64,000 nucleotides of DNA, taken from positions 437,651 to 501,650 of the forward strand of contig CAJUTK010000002.1 in assembly GCA_910589375.1 (NCBI GenBank). The letters run 5' to 3'. The stretch is from an uncultured Bacilli bacterium. GTDB taxonomy: Bacteria > Bacillota_I > Bacilli_A > RF39 > UBA660. Position 1 is the stretch's first letter. Each line of letters starts with the position of its first letter. The position numbers and the translations under genes are program-made. Shown one piece after another: positions 1-8,731 of the stretch. Below the pieces are notes generated by a model. That model ran no database searches. It had not been told where the DNA came from and saw nothing but the letters and a program-made list of their open reading frames with translations.

Positions 1-17
1 GAAAGTTAGTTCTTTTC

Positions 18-45
18 TTGCAATTCTTGCAAATAAAGATATAAT
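18..45 (+). promoter_or_regulatory. sigmaA-type promoter for the pseudouridine synthase gene
   Basis: TTGCAA at 18-23, a 16-nt spacer, TATAAT at 40-45; AGGAG RBS at 53-57. Confidence 0.6.
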
Positions 46-63
46 GTTACTAAGGAGTTGTAT

Positions 64-888
64 ATGAAACGAGTTTTAAAAGTAAAAAAAGAACAGGACC
101 TAATATCTTTTCTAATAGAAAATACAGATTATTCTAGTAAGAAATTAAAAAGCATGATAACCCATGATCAAATTAAAGTAAATAATAAAAGACCAAAATT
201 GCCTTTTCTATTAAAAGAAACTGATTGTGTAGATATTACTACAGATAAAATTTATAATACCCCATTTTCTATAGTCTATGAAGATGAAGAGTTGTTAGTC
301 GTCAATAAGAAAAGTGGATTACTTACAGTATCTACTGATCATGAAAAAGAAATTACTCTTTATCATCAAGTATATAGTTATTTACATGCTAAAGGAGAAA
401 AAGTATTTATAGTTCATAGATTGGATAAAGAAACATCAGGTATAGTATTGTTTGTTAAAAAAGAAGCAACAAAACGAGTTCTTCAAGAAAATTGGAATGA
501 TATTATAACAACTAGAAAATATATAGCAGTAGTTCACGGGGAAATTAAAAACAAAGGAGAAATAAAAAGCTATTTAAAAGAAGAGAAAAATACCTTTGTT
601 CATAGTGGTGCTGATGGGAAATTGGCAATCACTGAATATAAGCCATTAAAAAGAAAAGATGGATTAACGCTACTAGATGTGAACCTTAAAACAGGAAGAA
701 AAAATCAAATCAGAGTCCATATGAAAGAAAATAATACTCCCGTAGTAGGAGATAAAAAATATGGAAGGAAAGATACATATTCTAGGTTAATGTTACATGC
801 GTATGAGTTATCCTTTATTCATCCTAAAACAAAGCACAAATTTAAATTTAGTGTACCCATCCCAAAAGATTTTTTAAATTTGTTTTAA
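64..888 (+). CDS. RluA-family pseudouridine synthase
   Basis: S4-like N-terminus, catalytic-Asp motif HRLDKETSGIVLF and KNQIRVH motif. The AGGAG RBS favours ATG 64 over the TTG at 58 used by the ORF track. Confidence 0.85.
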   Translation: MKRVLKVKKEQDLISFLIENTDYSSKKLKSMITHDQIKVNNKRPKLPFLLKETDCVDITTDKIYNTPFSIVYEDEELLVVNKKSGLLTVSTDHEKEITLYHQVYSYLHAKGEKVFIVHRLDKETSGIVLFVKKEATKRVLQENWNDIITTRKYIAVVHGEIKNKGEIKSYLKEEKNTFVHSGADGKLAITEYKPLKRKDGLTLLDVNLKTGRKNQIRVHMKENNTPVVGDKKYGRKDTYSRLMLHAYELSFIHPKTKHKFKFSVPIPKDFLNLF

Positions 889-991
889 TAAAATTACCAA
901 TTTTTAGATATTAGATGTATATTTTTCTTGCTTTTTTACATACTTTATAATATAATAGTAAACTGTATTGTAAAAAAGGGGGAATAGGAAT

Positions 992-1528
992 ATGAATAAA
1001 ATTAAAAAATTAAGCATTCTTTTACTTTTCATGATAAGTTTAACAGGTTGTAATACTCTTTCTACTAAAACGCTTTATGTACTAGATAATAATATTGAAT
1101 TCTCTTTACCTAAAGTTTGGGAACAAGTAGATACTAATGAAAATGATTTAGCGCTTTCAAGACCAACTGCTAAATTAGTTATTGATACTTATCATCAATC
1201 AGAATTAGATGGAATAAGCGCTGAAGATTTATTAGATAAAAAAGTAAAAGAAAGAATGAAAGAGTTAAAGGACTCAAAAGTAGTTAAAAAATTTAAAGTA
1301 AGTGAATGGAAAGATCGTAAAATATATTCTGTACTTTATAGTGCGACAAAAGATAATATTGAAAGTCAATACTATTTTAGTGTGATGGAGTTTATGGGAA
1401 CTCATACCTATGTTTATGCTTTATATGAAGAAAAAGAAATGTATATGAAATATAATATTGATGATATTCAAAGAATGCTACTTCGCATGAAGTGGAATGG
1501 AAAAGAAGAGGATTTAGTACTCAATTAG
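992..1528 (+). CDS. lipoprotein of unknown function
   Basis: N-terminal signal peptide with lipobox LTGC; GGGGGA RBS upstream; no other recognisable motif. Confidence 0.6.
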   Translation: MNKIKKLSILLLFMISLTGCNTLSTKTLYVLDNNIEFSLPKVWEQVDTNENDLALSRPTAKLVIDTYHQSELDGISAEDLLDKKVKERMKELKDSKVVKKFKVSEWKDRKIYSVLYSATKDNIESQYYFSVMEFMGTHTYVYALYEEKEMYMKYNIDDIQRMLLRMKWNGKEEDLVLN

Positions 1529-1570
1529 TCTAAATCTTTTTTTGTACCATAAACTAATATAGGTGGTAGT

Positions 1571-1795
1571 ATGAAAATATCCGATTTACAAGAAAAAGAT
1601 GTTGTTGATGTCAGTGATGGGAAAAAGATAGGGAATATTGTAGATATCAGTATTGATAGAAATGGAAACATGCATGGAATATTAGTTGAAAAATATAAAT
1701 TCTTTTTTTCCTTATTTACGAATAATATTATCGAAATTAAATGGAATCAAATTGAGAAAATTGGAAAAGATGTGATACTTGTTAAACTCGATTAA
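1571..1795 (+). CDS. ylmC: YlmC/YmxH-family PRC-barrel sporulation protein
   Basis: 74 aa; the N-terminus MKISDLQEKDVVDVSDGKKIGNIVD is typical of the YlmC/YmxH family. Confidence 0.75.
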   Translation: MKISDLQEKDVVDVSDGKKIGNIVDISIDRNGNMHGILVEKYKFFFSLFTNNIIEIKWNQIEKIGKDVILVKLD

Positions 1796-1808
1796 GTTAT
1801 GATATAAT
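1779..1808 (+). promoter_or_regulatory. extended -10 promoter for the GT4-ApbE gene
   Basis: TTGTTA at 1779-1784, an 18-nt spacer, TGaTATAAT ending at 1808. Confidence 0.5.
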
Positions 1809-1823
1809 GAACTTGGTGATAAT

Positions 1824-3896
1824 ATGAAAATACTTCTTTATACAGAAGGCTTAAAGGCCATTAGTAAATCTGGGTTAGGAAAGGCTATTGGTCATCAAAA
1901 GAAGGCTTTAGAAGACAATAAAATAAAGTATACAACGAATTTAAAAGATGACTATGATATCTTACATATTAATTTTTACGGGCCAAAATCTTATTTTTAT
2001 GCGAAGAAAGCAAAAAGAAATGGGAAAAGAATTGTTTATCATGCCCATTCTACAGAGGAAGACTTTAGAAATTCTTTTCTATTTAGTAACTTAGTTTCTC
2101 CTTTATTTAAAAAGTGGTTAATTACTTGTTATAAATTAGGTGATTATATTATTACGCCAACAGAATATTCTAAGAGATTATTGTTAAACTATAATATGGA
2201 TCGTCCAATTAAAGCAATCAGTAATGGAGTAGATACGAAGTTCTTTGAGAGAAATCCAGAGGCAGGATTAGAGTTTAGAAAAAAATACGGTTATCAAAAA
2301 ACAGATAAAGTAATTGTTGGAATAGGGCTTTATATTAAAAGAAAAGGCATATTAGATTTTGTAGAGTTAGCGCGCCGTTTACCAGAGTATAAATTTATTT
2401 GGTTTGGTTATAGTCCACTTTGGGCCTCTCCTCGCGAAATAAAAAAAGCAGTTCATACGAAGCTTCCTAATTTACACTTTGCAGGGTATGTAGAGTCTTC
2501 AGTTATTAAAAGTGCTTTAAGTGGCGCAGATCTGTACTTATTTCCTACTTTAGAAGAGACAGAAGGAATTCCTATTATAGAAGCATTAACTTCCAAAATT
2601 CCAACACTTATTCGTGATATTCCTGTTTTTGAGGAGTATGAAGAAAATAAAGTGGTATACAAGGCAAAGGACCTAGATGATTTTGAAGATAAAATTAAAA
2701 AAATAATAGAGCATCAATTACCAGATCTTACAGAGGAAGGATATAAAGAAGCTAAGAGAAAAGATGTTAAAACAGTAGGGTTAGAACTAATTGATACTTA
2801 TAAAGAAGTTTTAAAAATACCAATTGATAAAGAAAAATTACAAGAAGAAAAACGAACTAGAAGAAATCGCTTTCTATTAGGTGGATTTGTCTTTTTGGGT
2901 ATTCTTCTTATGTCTATTTTGTTATTTGTATGTAAGGAAAAGGAATCTGTTCCTTACAAAGAGTATACTAAAACAATAGAAACAATGGATACAAAAGTAA
3001 AAGTAACTCTTTACAGCAAGTCTTCTAAAAAGGCTGAAAGTGCTTTAGAAGAGATAGAAGATATCTATAGTAAGTATGATAGATTAACAAGTAGAGAAGA
3101 AGGCTCTCCTATTTATAAAATTCACAATTATTCTAAAGAGGAAGATAGCATTGAAATTGATGAAGAATTATATAAAATGATACGTTTTGGAAATTCATGG
3201 TATGAAAGAAGCAATGGAAAACTTAACATTAATATAGGAAACGTTAGTGATTTATGGAATCATTACCGCACTACGAAAGATGGTATTCCATCTAAGAAAG
3301 AGTTGGAAAAAGTAGGCAGTATCAGTATCAAAGAAATTGAGCTACTTGGAAAAAACAAAATAAAGAATTCTCATCCAAATATTGATTTGGACAGTATTAG
3401 AGTAGGTTATGCTACTAATGAAGTAGTAGAATATTTAAAAAAAGAAGACTTAAATACTTATATTATTAACGGAGCTTCTATCATAGCAGCAGGCGACCAT
3501 TATGAGGAAAATGGAAAATATTTAGTAGCAGTTGCTAGTCCATTTAAAGACAACAATAATGAAGTATTAACAAATATTCGTTTTACTAATGGTGTGATAG
3601 TAACGAAAGGAATTTATCAAAATGCATATGAGTATGACGGAAAATACTACAGTACTATTATAGACCCAGATACTAAAAAGCCTGCTGATAATGTAGTAGC
3701 GGTTACTGTGTTAGGAAAAAATGTAAGAGATACAGAAGCTCTTGCTACCACTTTGTTTTTAATGTCAGGTGAAGATGGTAAAAAGTATATTGAAAAAGAT
3801 ACCTCTGTTGCTGTACTTTGGGCATATCTATATAATGACCAAGAAAAAAGCGTATTAACAGATAATTTTTACGAGTATTTTTCTACTATAAAATAA
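1824..3896 (+). CDS. fusion protein: family-4 glycosyltransferase, TM helix, ApbE/Ftp-type flavin transferase
   Basis: N-terminal GT4 region with ETEGIPIIEAL (E-x7-E). Central hydrophobic helix FLLGGFVFLGILLMSILLFVC. C-terminal ApbE-like motifs: METMDTKVKVTLY, IIDPDTKKPADN and DTEALATTLFLM. Confidence 0.75.
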   Translation: MKILLYTEGLKAISKSGLGKAIGHQKKALEDNKIKYTTNLKDDYDILHINFYGPKSYFYAKKAKRNGKRIVYHAHSTEEDFRNSFLFSNLVSPLFKKWLITCYKLGDYIITPTEYSKRLLLNYNMDRPIKAISNGVDTKFFERNPEAGLEFRKKYGYQKTDKVIVGIGLYIKRKGILDFVELARRLPEYKFIWFGYSPLWASPREIKKAVHTKLPNLHFAGYVESSVIKSALSGADLYLFPTLEETEGIPIIEALTSKIPTLIRDIPVFEEYEENKVVYKAKDLDDFEDKIKKIIEHQLPDLTEEGYKEAKRKDVKTVGLELIDTYKEVLKIPIDKEKLQEEKRTRRNRFLLGGFVFLGILLMSILLFVCKEKESVPYKEYTKTIETMDTKVKVTLYSKSSKKAESALEEIEDIYSKYDRLTSREEGSPIYKIHNYSKEEDSIEIDEELYKMIRFGNSWYERSNGKLNINIGNVSDLWNHYRTTKDGIPSKKELEKVGSISIKEIELLGKNKIKNSHPNIDLDSIRVGYATNEVVEYLKKEDLNTYIINGASIIAAGDHYEENGKYLVAVASPFKDNNNEVLTNIRFTNGVIVTKGIYQNAYEYDGKYYSTIIDPDTKKPADNVVAVTVLGKNVRDTEALATTLFLMSGEDGKKYIEKDTSVAVLWAYLYNDQEKSVLTDNFYEYFSTIK

Positions 3897-3918
3897 GGTA
3901 TGAAAATACCTTTTTTTG
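3895..3918 (+). terminator. intrinsic terminator
   Basis: AAGGTAT/ATACCTT stem with GAAA loop, followed by a T-run. Confidence 0.8.
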
Positions 3919-3972
3919 TTGTGGAAAAAGTGATTATTTGATATAATGAGAAAGTAGAAGATGGTGGTTTAG

Positions 3973-6918
3973 ATGTACTTAAAAAAGATTATTGCGCAAG
4001 GATTTAAGTCATTTGCAGAAAATATTGTTATAGATTTAGAACCTAATATAGCAGGTATTGTAGGACCTAATGGAAGTGGTAAGAGTAATGTAGTAGATGC
4101 TATACGTTGGGTTTTAGGAGAACAATCTGTTAAATCTTTACGTGGTGATGGCAATATGACAGATGTTATATTTGCAGGTAGTAAAAGCCGTTCTGCTATG
4201 GGTACCGCCACTGTTACCTTAGTATTTGATAACCACGATAATTATTTACCTCTTACTTTTGAAGAAGTAGCTATTAAAAGACGTTTATATAAAGACGGAA
4301 CAAATGAGTTTTTTATTAATAATGAAAAAGTAAGATTAAAGGATGTAGCAGACTTATTAATGGATAGTGGAATTGGTAAGGAATCTTTTAATATTATAGG
4401 ACAAGGTAAAATAGAAGAAATTCTAAGTAATAAACCAGTAGATCGCAGAAGTATGTTTGAGGAAGCCGCAGGCGTTTTAAAGTATAAAAAGAGAAAAGAA
4501 GAGGCATTAAGAAAACTGGAGCGTACACATGATAATATGAAACGTGTAGAAGATATTGTGAAAGAGTTAGAAATACAAGTTGAGCCTTTAAGAGAACAAA
4601 AACAAAAAGCTTTAGAATACTTAAGTTTATCTGAAAAATTAAAAAACTTAGAAGTAGCTTTAGTAACGGAAGATATCACTAATTTAAATGAGAAATATCA
4701 TGCAAATAAAGAAAGAGTAAATGCTCTTACATTAGAACTAGCTAGTATCTCTACTCACAATTCTAAATATGAGGCTCAAATTGTGGAATATAAGCAAAAG
4801 GAACAAGAAATATCAGAAAAGATAAATGCATTACAAAAAGCGCTTTTAGAAATTACAACAAAGGCAGAGAAAATAAACAGTCAAAAAGAAATATTACTAG
4901 AACGTAAAAAATATGAAGTAGATGATGCGAAATTGCATTCTACGGTATTAGAATTAAAAGAAGCAGAATTAAAATATGAGAATGAATTAAAAAGTTATGA
5001 ATTAGAAATAGAAAATATTTTAAAAGAACTTGAAGATTATCATACAAAAAAGGAGCATTTAGAAGAGATTATTCGTTCTAAAAAGATAGATAGAGCAAAA
5101 TTAGAAGAGAAATTAACTGGCTTTATTCGTAATCAAAAAATATTAGAAACAAAAATTGATTCTTTAGAAGAAAGTATAGAAAATGGCTCTTCATTACCTT
5201 ATGCTGTAAAAAATGTTTTAAATAATCCAAAACTAACAGGTATTCATAATACAATAGGAAATTTAATTGACGTAGAAGATGCTTATATAACAGCTATTTC
5301 AACTGCTTTAGGTGGTGCTTCTAACTACATTGTCGTAGAAAACGAGATATCCGCTAAAGAGGCTATCACTTATTTAAAAAACAATAAAGTTGGAAGAGCT
5401 ACATTTTTTCCTTTAAACGTAATTGAAGGAAAAATGCTAGATTCTAGAATTTATGATCTTGTAAAAAAAGAAAAAGGATTTGTAGATATCGCTTCTAATT
5501 TAGTAAAGAATGATACACGATATGATAAAATCATCACTAATCAATTAGGAAACATTTTAGTAATAGATACTTTAGACAATGCCAATCAGTTAAATAAAAA
5601 ATTAGGATATAAATATCGAATGGTTACTTTAGATGGAGAACTACTACATGTAGGTGGATCTTTAACTGGTGGTGAGAATAAACAAAAAAATATTTTGAGT
5701 GAAAAAAAAGAATTAGAGCAATTAACAAAAGAAGCACGTGCTGTATCTGATACGATAGCCTCTTTAGAATCTTCTTTAAATCAATGTGATAATGAGTTAA
5801 AGGCAAAAGAGGATGAATTTTACTTAGTAGATAGAGATAATATTCGTCTAGAATCAGAAGTTCGTGAAAAGAACAAGAAAATATCTGATTTGCAAGAAAA
5901 AATAGAAGAAACTAAAAAAACTTTAACAGGAACTGCTAGTGTCATTAATAATTCTTTAAGTGAAGAAGAGGATTTAATTTTAAAAGAATACTATGATGCG
6001 TTAAATGAAAAAGAGAAAATAGCTAGTGAACTAGATTATTGCCAAAATGAAAAGATAAAAGTTTCTAATGAGTTAGCAGAATTTGAGCATTTCGTAAAAA
6101 AGGATAATTCCCTTTATTTAGAAAAATCTAAAGAGATGCAGGAATTAGAAATTGAAGTAAATAGAAGCGATGTGAAACTGGATAATTTGCTAAACTTATT
6201 AAATGAGACTTACAGTATGACATATGAATATGCAAAAGAGAACTTCTTTTTATCTATTAATGCTAGTGAAGCAAGAACAAAAGTAGGTTCACTAAAGAGA
6301 AAAATAAAAGAGTTAGGGCCAATTAATCAACAGGCACCTGAAGAATACGATAGAGTAAGTGAAAGATATGAGTTTTTAATTAGTCAACAAGAGGATCTTG
6401 TGAAAGCAGAAAATACATTATTAGATATTATCAAAGAAATGGATAGAGTAATGGAAACTAACTTTGCAAAAACATTTGCTATTATCAACAAACATTTCGC
6501 AGAAACTTTTAAAGAACTATTTAAAGGGGGTACTGCTTCACTGAAACTAACAGACCCTACAAATTTGTTAGAAACTGGTATTGAGATAGTTGCTTCCCCA
6601 CCAGGAAAAAGCTTAAAGAGTATTTCTCTTTTAAGTGGTGGGGAAAAGACATTTACAGCTATTAGTTTGCTATTTGCTATTTTAAAAACAAGACCAATGC
6701 CTTTTTGTATTTTAGATGAGGTAGAAGCAGCGCTCGATGAAGTAAATGTAGAATCCTTTGGAGAATATTTGCAATCTCTTAAAACAAAGACGCAATTTAT
6801 TGTTATCACCCATAAGAAAAAGACTATGGAATATGCGGATACCCTTTATGGAATTACAATGCAAGAAAGTGGTGTCAGTAAATTAGTTAGTGTTAAATTA
6901 GAAGAAATAGAAAAATAA
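3973..6918 (+). CDS. smc: chromosome segregation protein SMC
   Basis: Walker A GPNGSGKSN, long coiled coils, a hinge, signature LSGGEKT and Walker B FCILDEVEAALD. Confidence 0.95.
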   Translation: MYLKKIIAQGFKSFAENIVIDLEPNIAGIVGPNGSGKSNVVDAIRWVLGEQSVKSLRGDGNMTDVIFAGSKSRSAMGTATVTLVFDNHDNYLPLTFEEVAIKRRLYKDGTNEFFINNEKVRLKDVADLLMDSGIGKESFNIIGQGKIEEILSNKPVDRRSMFEEAAGVLKYKKRKEEALRKLERTHDNMKRVEDIVKELEIQVEPLREQKQKALEYLSLSEKLKNLEVALVTEDITNLNEKYHANKERVNALTLELASISTHNSKYEAQIVEYKQKEQEISEKINALQKALLEITTKAEKINSQKEILLERKKYEVDDAKLHSTVLELKEAELKYENELKSYELEIENILKELEDYHTKKEHLEEIIRSKKIDRAKLEEKLTGFIRNQKILETKIDSLEESIENGSSLPYAVKNVLNNPKLTGIHNTIGNLIDVEDAYITAISTALGGASNYIVVENEISAKEAITYLKNNKVGRATFFPLNVIEGKMLDSRIYDLVKKEKGFVDIASNLVKNDTRYDKIITNQLGNILVIDTLDNANQLNKKLGYKYRMVTLDGELLHVGGSLTGGENKQKNILSEKKELEQLTKEARAVSDTIASLESSLNQCDNELKAKEDEFYLVDRDNIRLESEVREKNKKISDLQEKIEETKKTLTGTASVINNSLSEEEDLILKEYYDALNEKEKIASELDYCQNEKIKVSNELAEFEHFVKKDNSLYLEKSKEMQELEIEVNRSDVKLDNLLNLLNETYSMTYEYAKENFFLSINASEARTKVGSLKRKIKELGPINQQAPEEYDRVSERYEFLISQQEDLVKAENTLLDIIKEMDRVMETNFAKTFAIINKHFAETFKELFKGGTASLKLTDPTNLLETGIEIVASPPGKSLKSISLLSGGEKTFTAISLLFAILKTRPMPFCILDEVEAALDEVNVESFGEYLQSLKTKTQFIVITHKKKTMEYADTLYGITMQESGVSKLVSVKLEEIEK

Positions 6919-6946
6919 GAAGAAACGATGAGTTTTCTTCTTTTTA
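6917..6946 (+). terminator. intrinsic terminator after smc
   Basis: AAGAAGAAA/TTTCTTCTT stem followed by a T-run. Confidence 0.75.
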
Positions 6947-6966
6947 TGTTATAATGATATTAGAGA

Positions 6967-7911
6967 ATGAGGTGGCTTATGAACTATTTATTATATGGAG
7001 AAGAATCCTATTTAATAGAAAAAGAAATAGAGAAAATAGTAGCAAAACAAGGATTAGAAGAAATTAATTTAATTCGATATGACTATACAATAGATAGTTT
7101 ATCTAAAATATTAGAAGATTGTGAGACTGTATCTTTTTTCTCTGATAAAAAAGGGGTAATAGTAGATAATGCAGTTCTTTTTAATAGAGGAAAAGGTACA
7201 GAAGAGGATACAAATAAATTATTACCTTATTTAAAAAGCCCAAATCCAAGTACTATTTTAATATTTCTAAATCATAATGCTAGTGTTGATAATACAAAAA
7301 AAATAACAAAGGCAATGAAGGAAATTGGAGTATTAAAAGAGCTTTCTAACTCTAACCCTTTTTCAGAAATAGAAGAAATGTTTGATGGTTATAAGATAGA
7401 AAAATCGAGCATTCGATTATTTCAAGAAAGAGTGGGAGACGATTTGACTATATTAAAAGAAGAAGCCAATAAACTAAGATTATTTAAAATAGAAGAAAAA
7501 GAAATAACAAAAGAGGATATATTGTCCTTAACTACAGTAACAATCGATACGGATATTTTCAAGTTTATTGACTATATTATAGGAAGGGAAAAAGGAAAAG
7601 CCTTAGCTATGTATGAAGAGATGATTAAAGAAGGGGAAGAACCTATTAAAATTATTGCTCTTTTAGCTAGTAAATTTAGACTTATGTATCAATCAACAGA
7701 GCTTACTAGATTAGGCTATTCCCAACAAGATATCTCCTCTACATTAGGGGTTCATATATATCCTGTTAAACTTGCTATTCAGTCTGGTTTAAAATATAAG
7801 ACTAGTTTATTACTTCGTTATATGAAACAATTATCAGAATTAGATATTCAAATTAAAACAGGAAAAATTGAGCCTATTTTAGGATTAGAACTTTTATTAT
7901 TAGAAGTTTAA
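6967..7911 (+). CDS. holA: DNA polymerase III delta subunit
   Basis: LYGEESYL N-terminal motif, about 310 aa, HolA-like helical C-terminus. The start could instead be ATG 6979. Confidence 0.75.
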   Translation: MRWLMNYLLYGEESYLIEKEIEKIVAKQGLEEINLIRYDYTIDSLSKILEDCETVSFFSDKKGVIVDNAVLFNRGKGTEEDTNKLLPYLKSPNPSTILIFLNHNASVDNTKKITKAMKEIGVLKELSNSNPFSEIEEMFDGYKIEKSSIRLFQERVGDDLTILKEEANKLRLFKIEEKEITKEDILSLTTVTIDTDIFKFIDYIIGREKGKALAMYEEMIKEGEEPIKIIALLASKFRLMYQSTELTRLGYSQQDISSTLGVHIYPVKLAIQSGLKYKTSLLLRYMKQLSELDIQIKTGKIEPILGLELLLLEV

Positions 7912-7966
7912 TGGTTGCTATTTCCTTTTAAAATCTGTATAATAAATCACTACTAGAGGTGATAGC

Positions 7967-8731
7967 ATGATTTTTATACGAAAATTTGAAAGATTAGATC
8001 CTAAGGAGACTTTCGTACTAACAGATTTTGATAGAACACTTACAGAACATGATAGTTCTACTTGTTGGGGTCTCTTAGAGGAAAGTCCTTATGTAGATCA
8101 AGGATATGCGAAAGAAAGCTTAGATATTTATCATTATTATCGCCCAATAGAAGTAGATCAAACGATTCCTTTTGCTGATAAATCTGCCATCATGGAAAAA
8201 TGGTTTCGTGAAGTAGCGCTGCTTTTAAGTAAGTATCACATTTATGAAGAAACGATTGAAAAAATATTTACGAATTCCAATGGTTTAAAATTGAGAAGGG
8301 ATGTAAAACCTTTTTTGGGAAGAATGAATGAATTAGGGATTCCAGTGGTAATTGTAAGTGCTGGTATTGGAAATTTTATTGAAAAATATTTAGCTAGTGA
8401 AGGATGCCTTTTTGATAATGTGACTATTCATTCTAATTACTTAATTTATGAAGGAGGAAGAATAGTTGGAGTAAAAGAACCTATTTTACACTCTCTTAAT
8501 AAGAGTATGTTAACTTATCCAGAGATTGGTTCTAAAAGAAAAGGACTTTTGTTTGGCGATCAAATAGAAGATAAAGAGATGGGAAAACATGTAGATACTA
8601 TTTCAGTTGGCTTTTGCGATACGAATATGCATAGTTTAAAGGAATTTAAAAGAGAATTTGACGTTGTTTTAACAGGTGATTCTTCCTATGAACAAGTCGC
8701 AAAAACTTATATTAAGAGGTATAAAAAATGA
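7967..8731 (+). CDS. HAD hydrolase of the UMPH-1 / cytosolic pyrimidine 5'-nucleotidase type
   Basis: DFDRTLT nucleophile motif, VSAGIGNFIEKYL (resembles the NT5C3 SAGIGDVLE motif) and a GD acid motif near the C-terminus. Confidence 0.65.
   Translation: MIFIRKFERLDPKETFVLTDFDRTLTEHDSSTCWGLLEESPYVDQGYAKESLDIYHYYRPIEVDQTIPFADKSAIMEKWFREVALLLSKYHIYEETIEKIFTNSNGLKLRRDVKPFLGRMNELGIPVVIVSAGIGNFIEKYLASEGCLFDNVTIHSNYLIYEGGRIVGVKEPILHSLNKSMLTYPEIGSKRKGLLFGDQIEDKEMGKHVDTISVGFCDTNMHSLKEFKREFDVVLTGDSSYEQVAKTYIKRYKK

Noticed and set aside
2453-6809. Antisense ORFs inside the GT4-ApbE and smc genes (2453-2662, 3969-4211, 4242-4679, 5624-5806, 6384-6809)
   Set aside because: They lie entirely within, and opposite to, long ORFs with strong family motifs. 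They have no RBS and low-complexity Ser/Ile/Phe-rich translations typical of shadow frames in AT-rich DNA.
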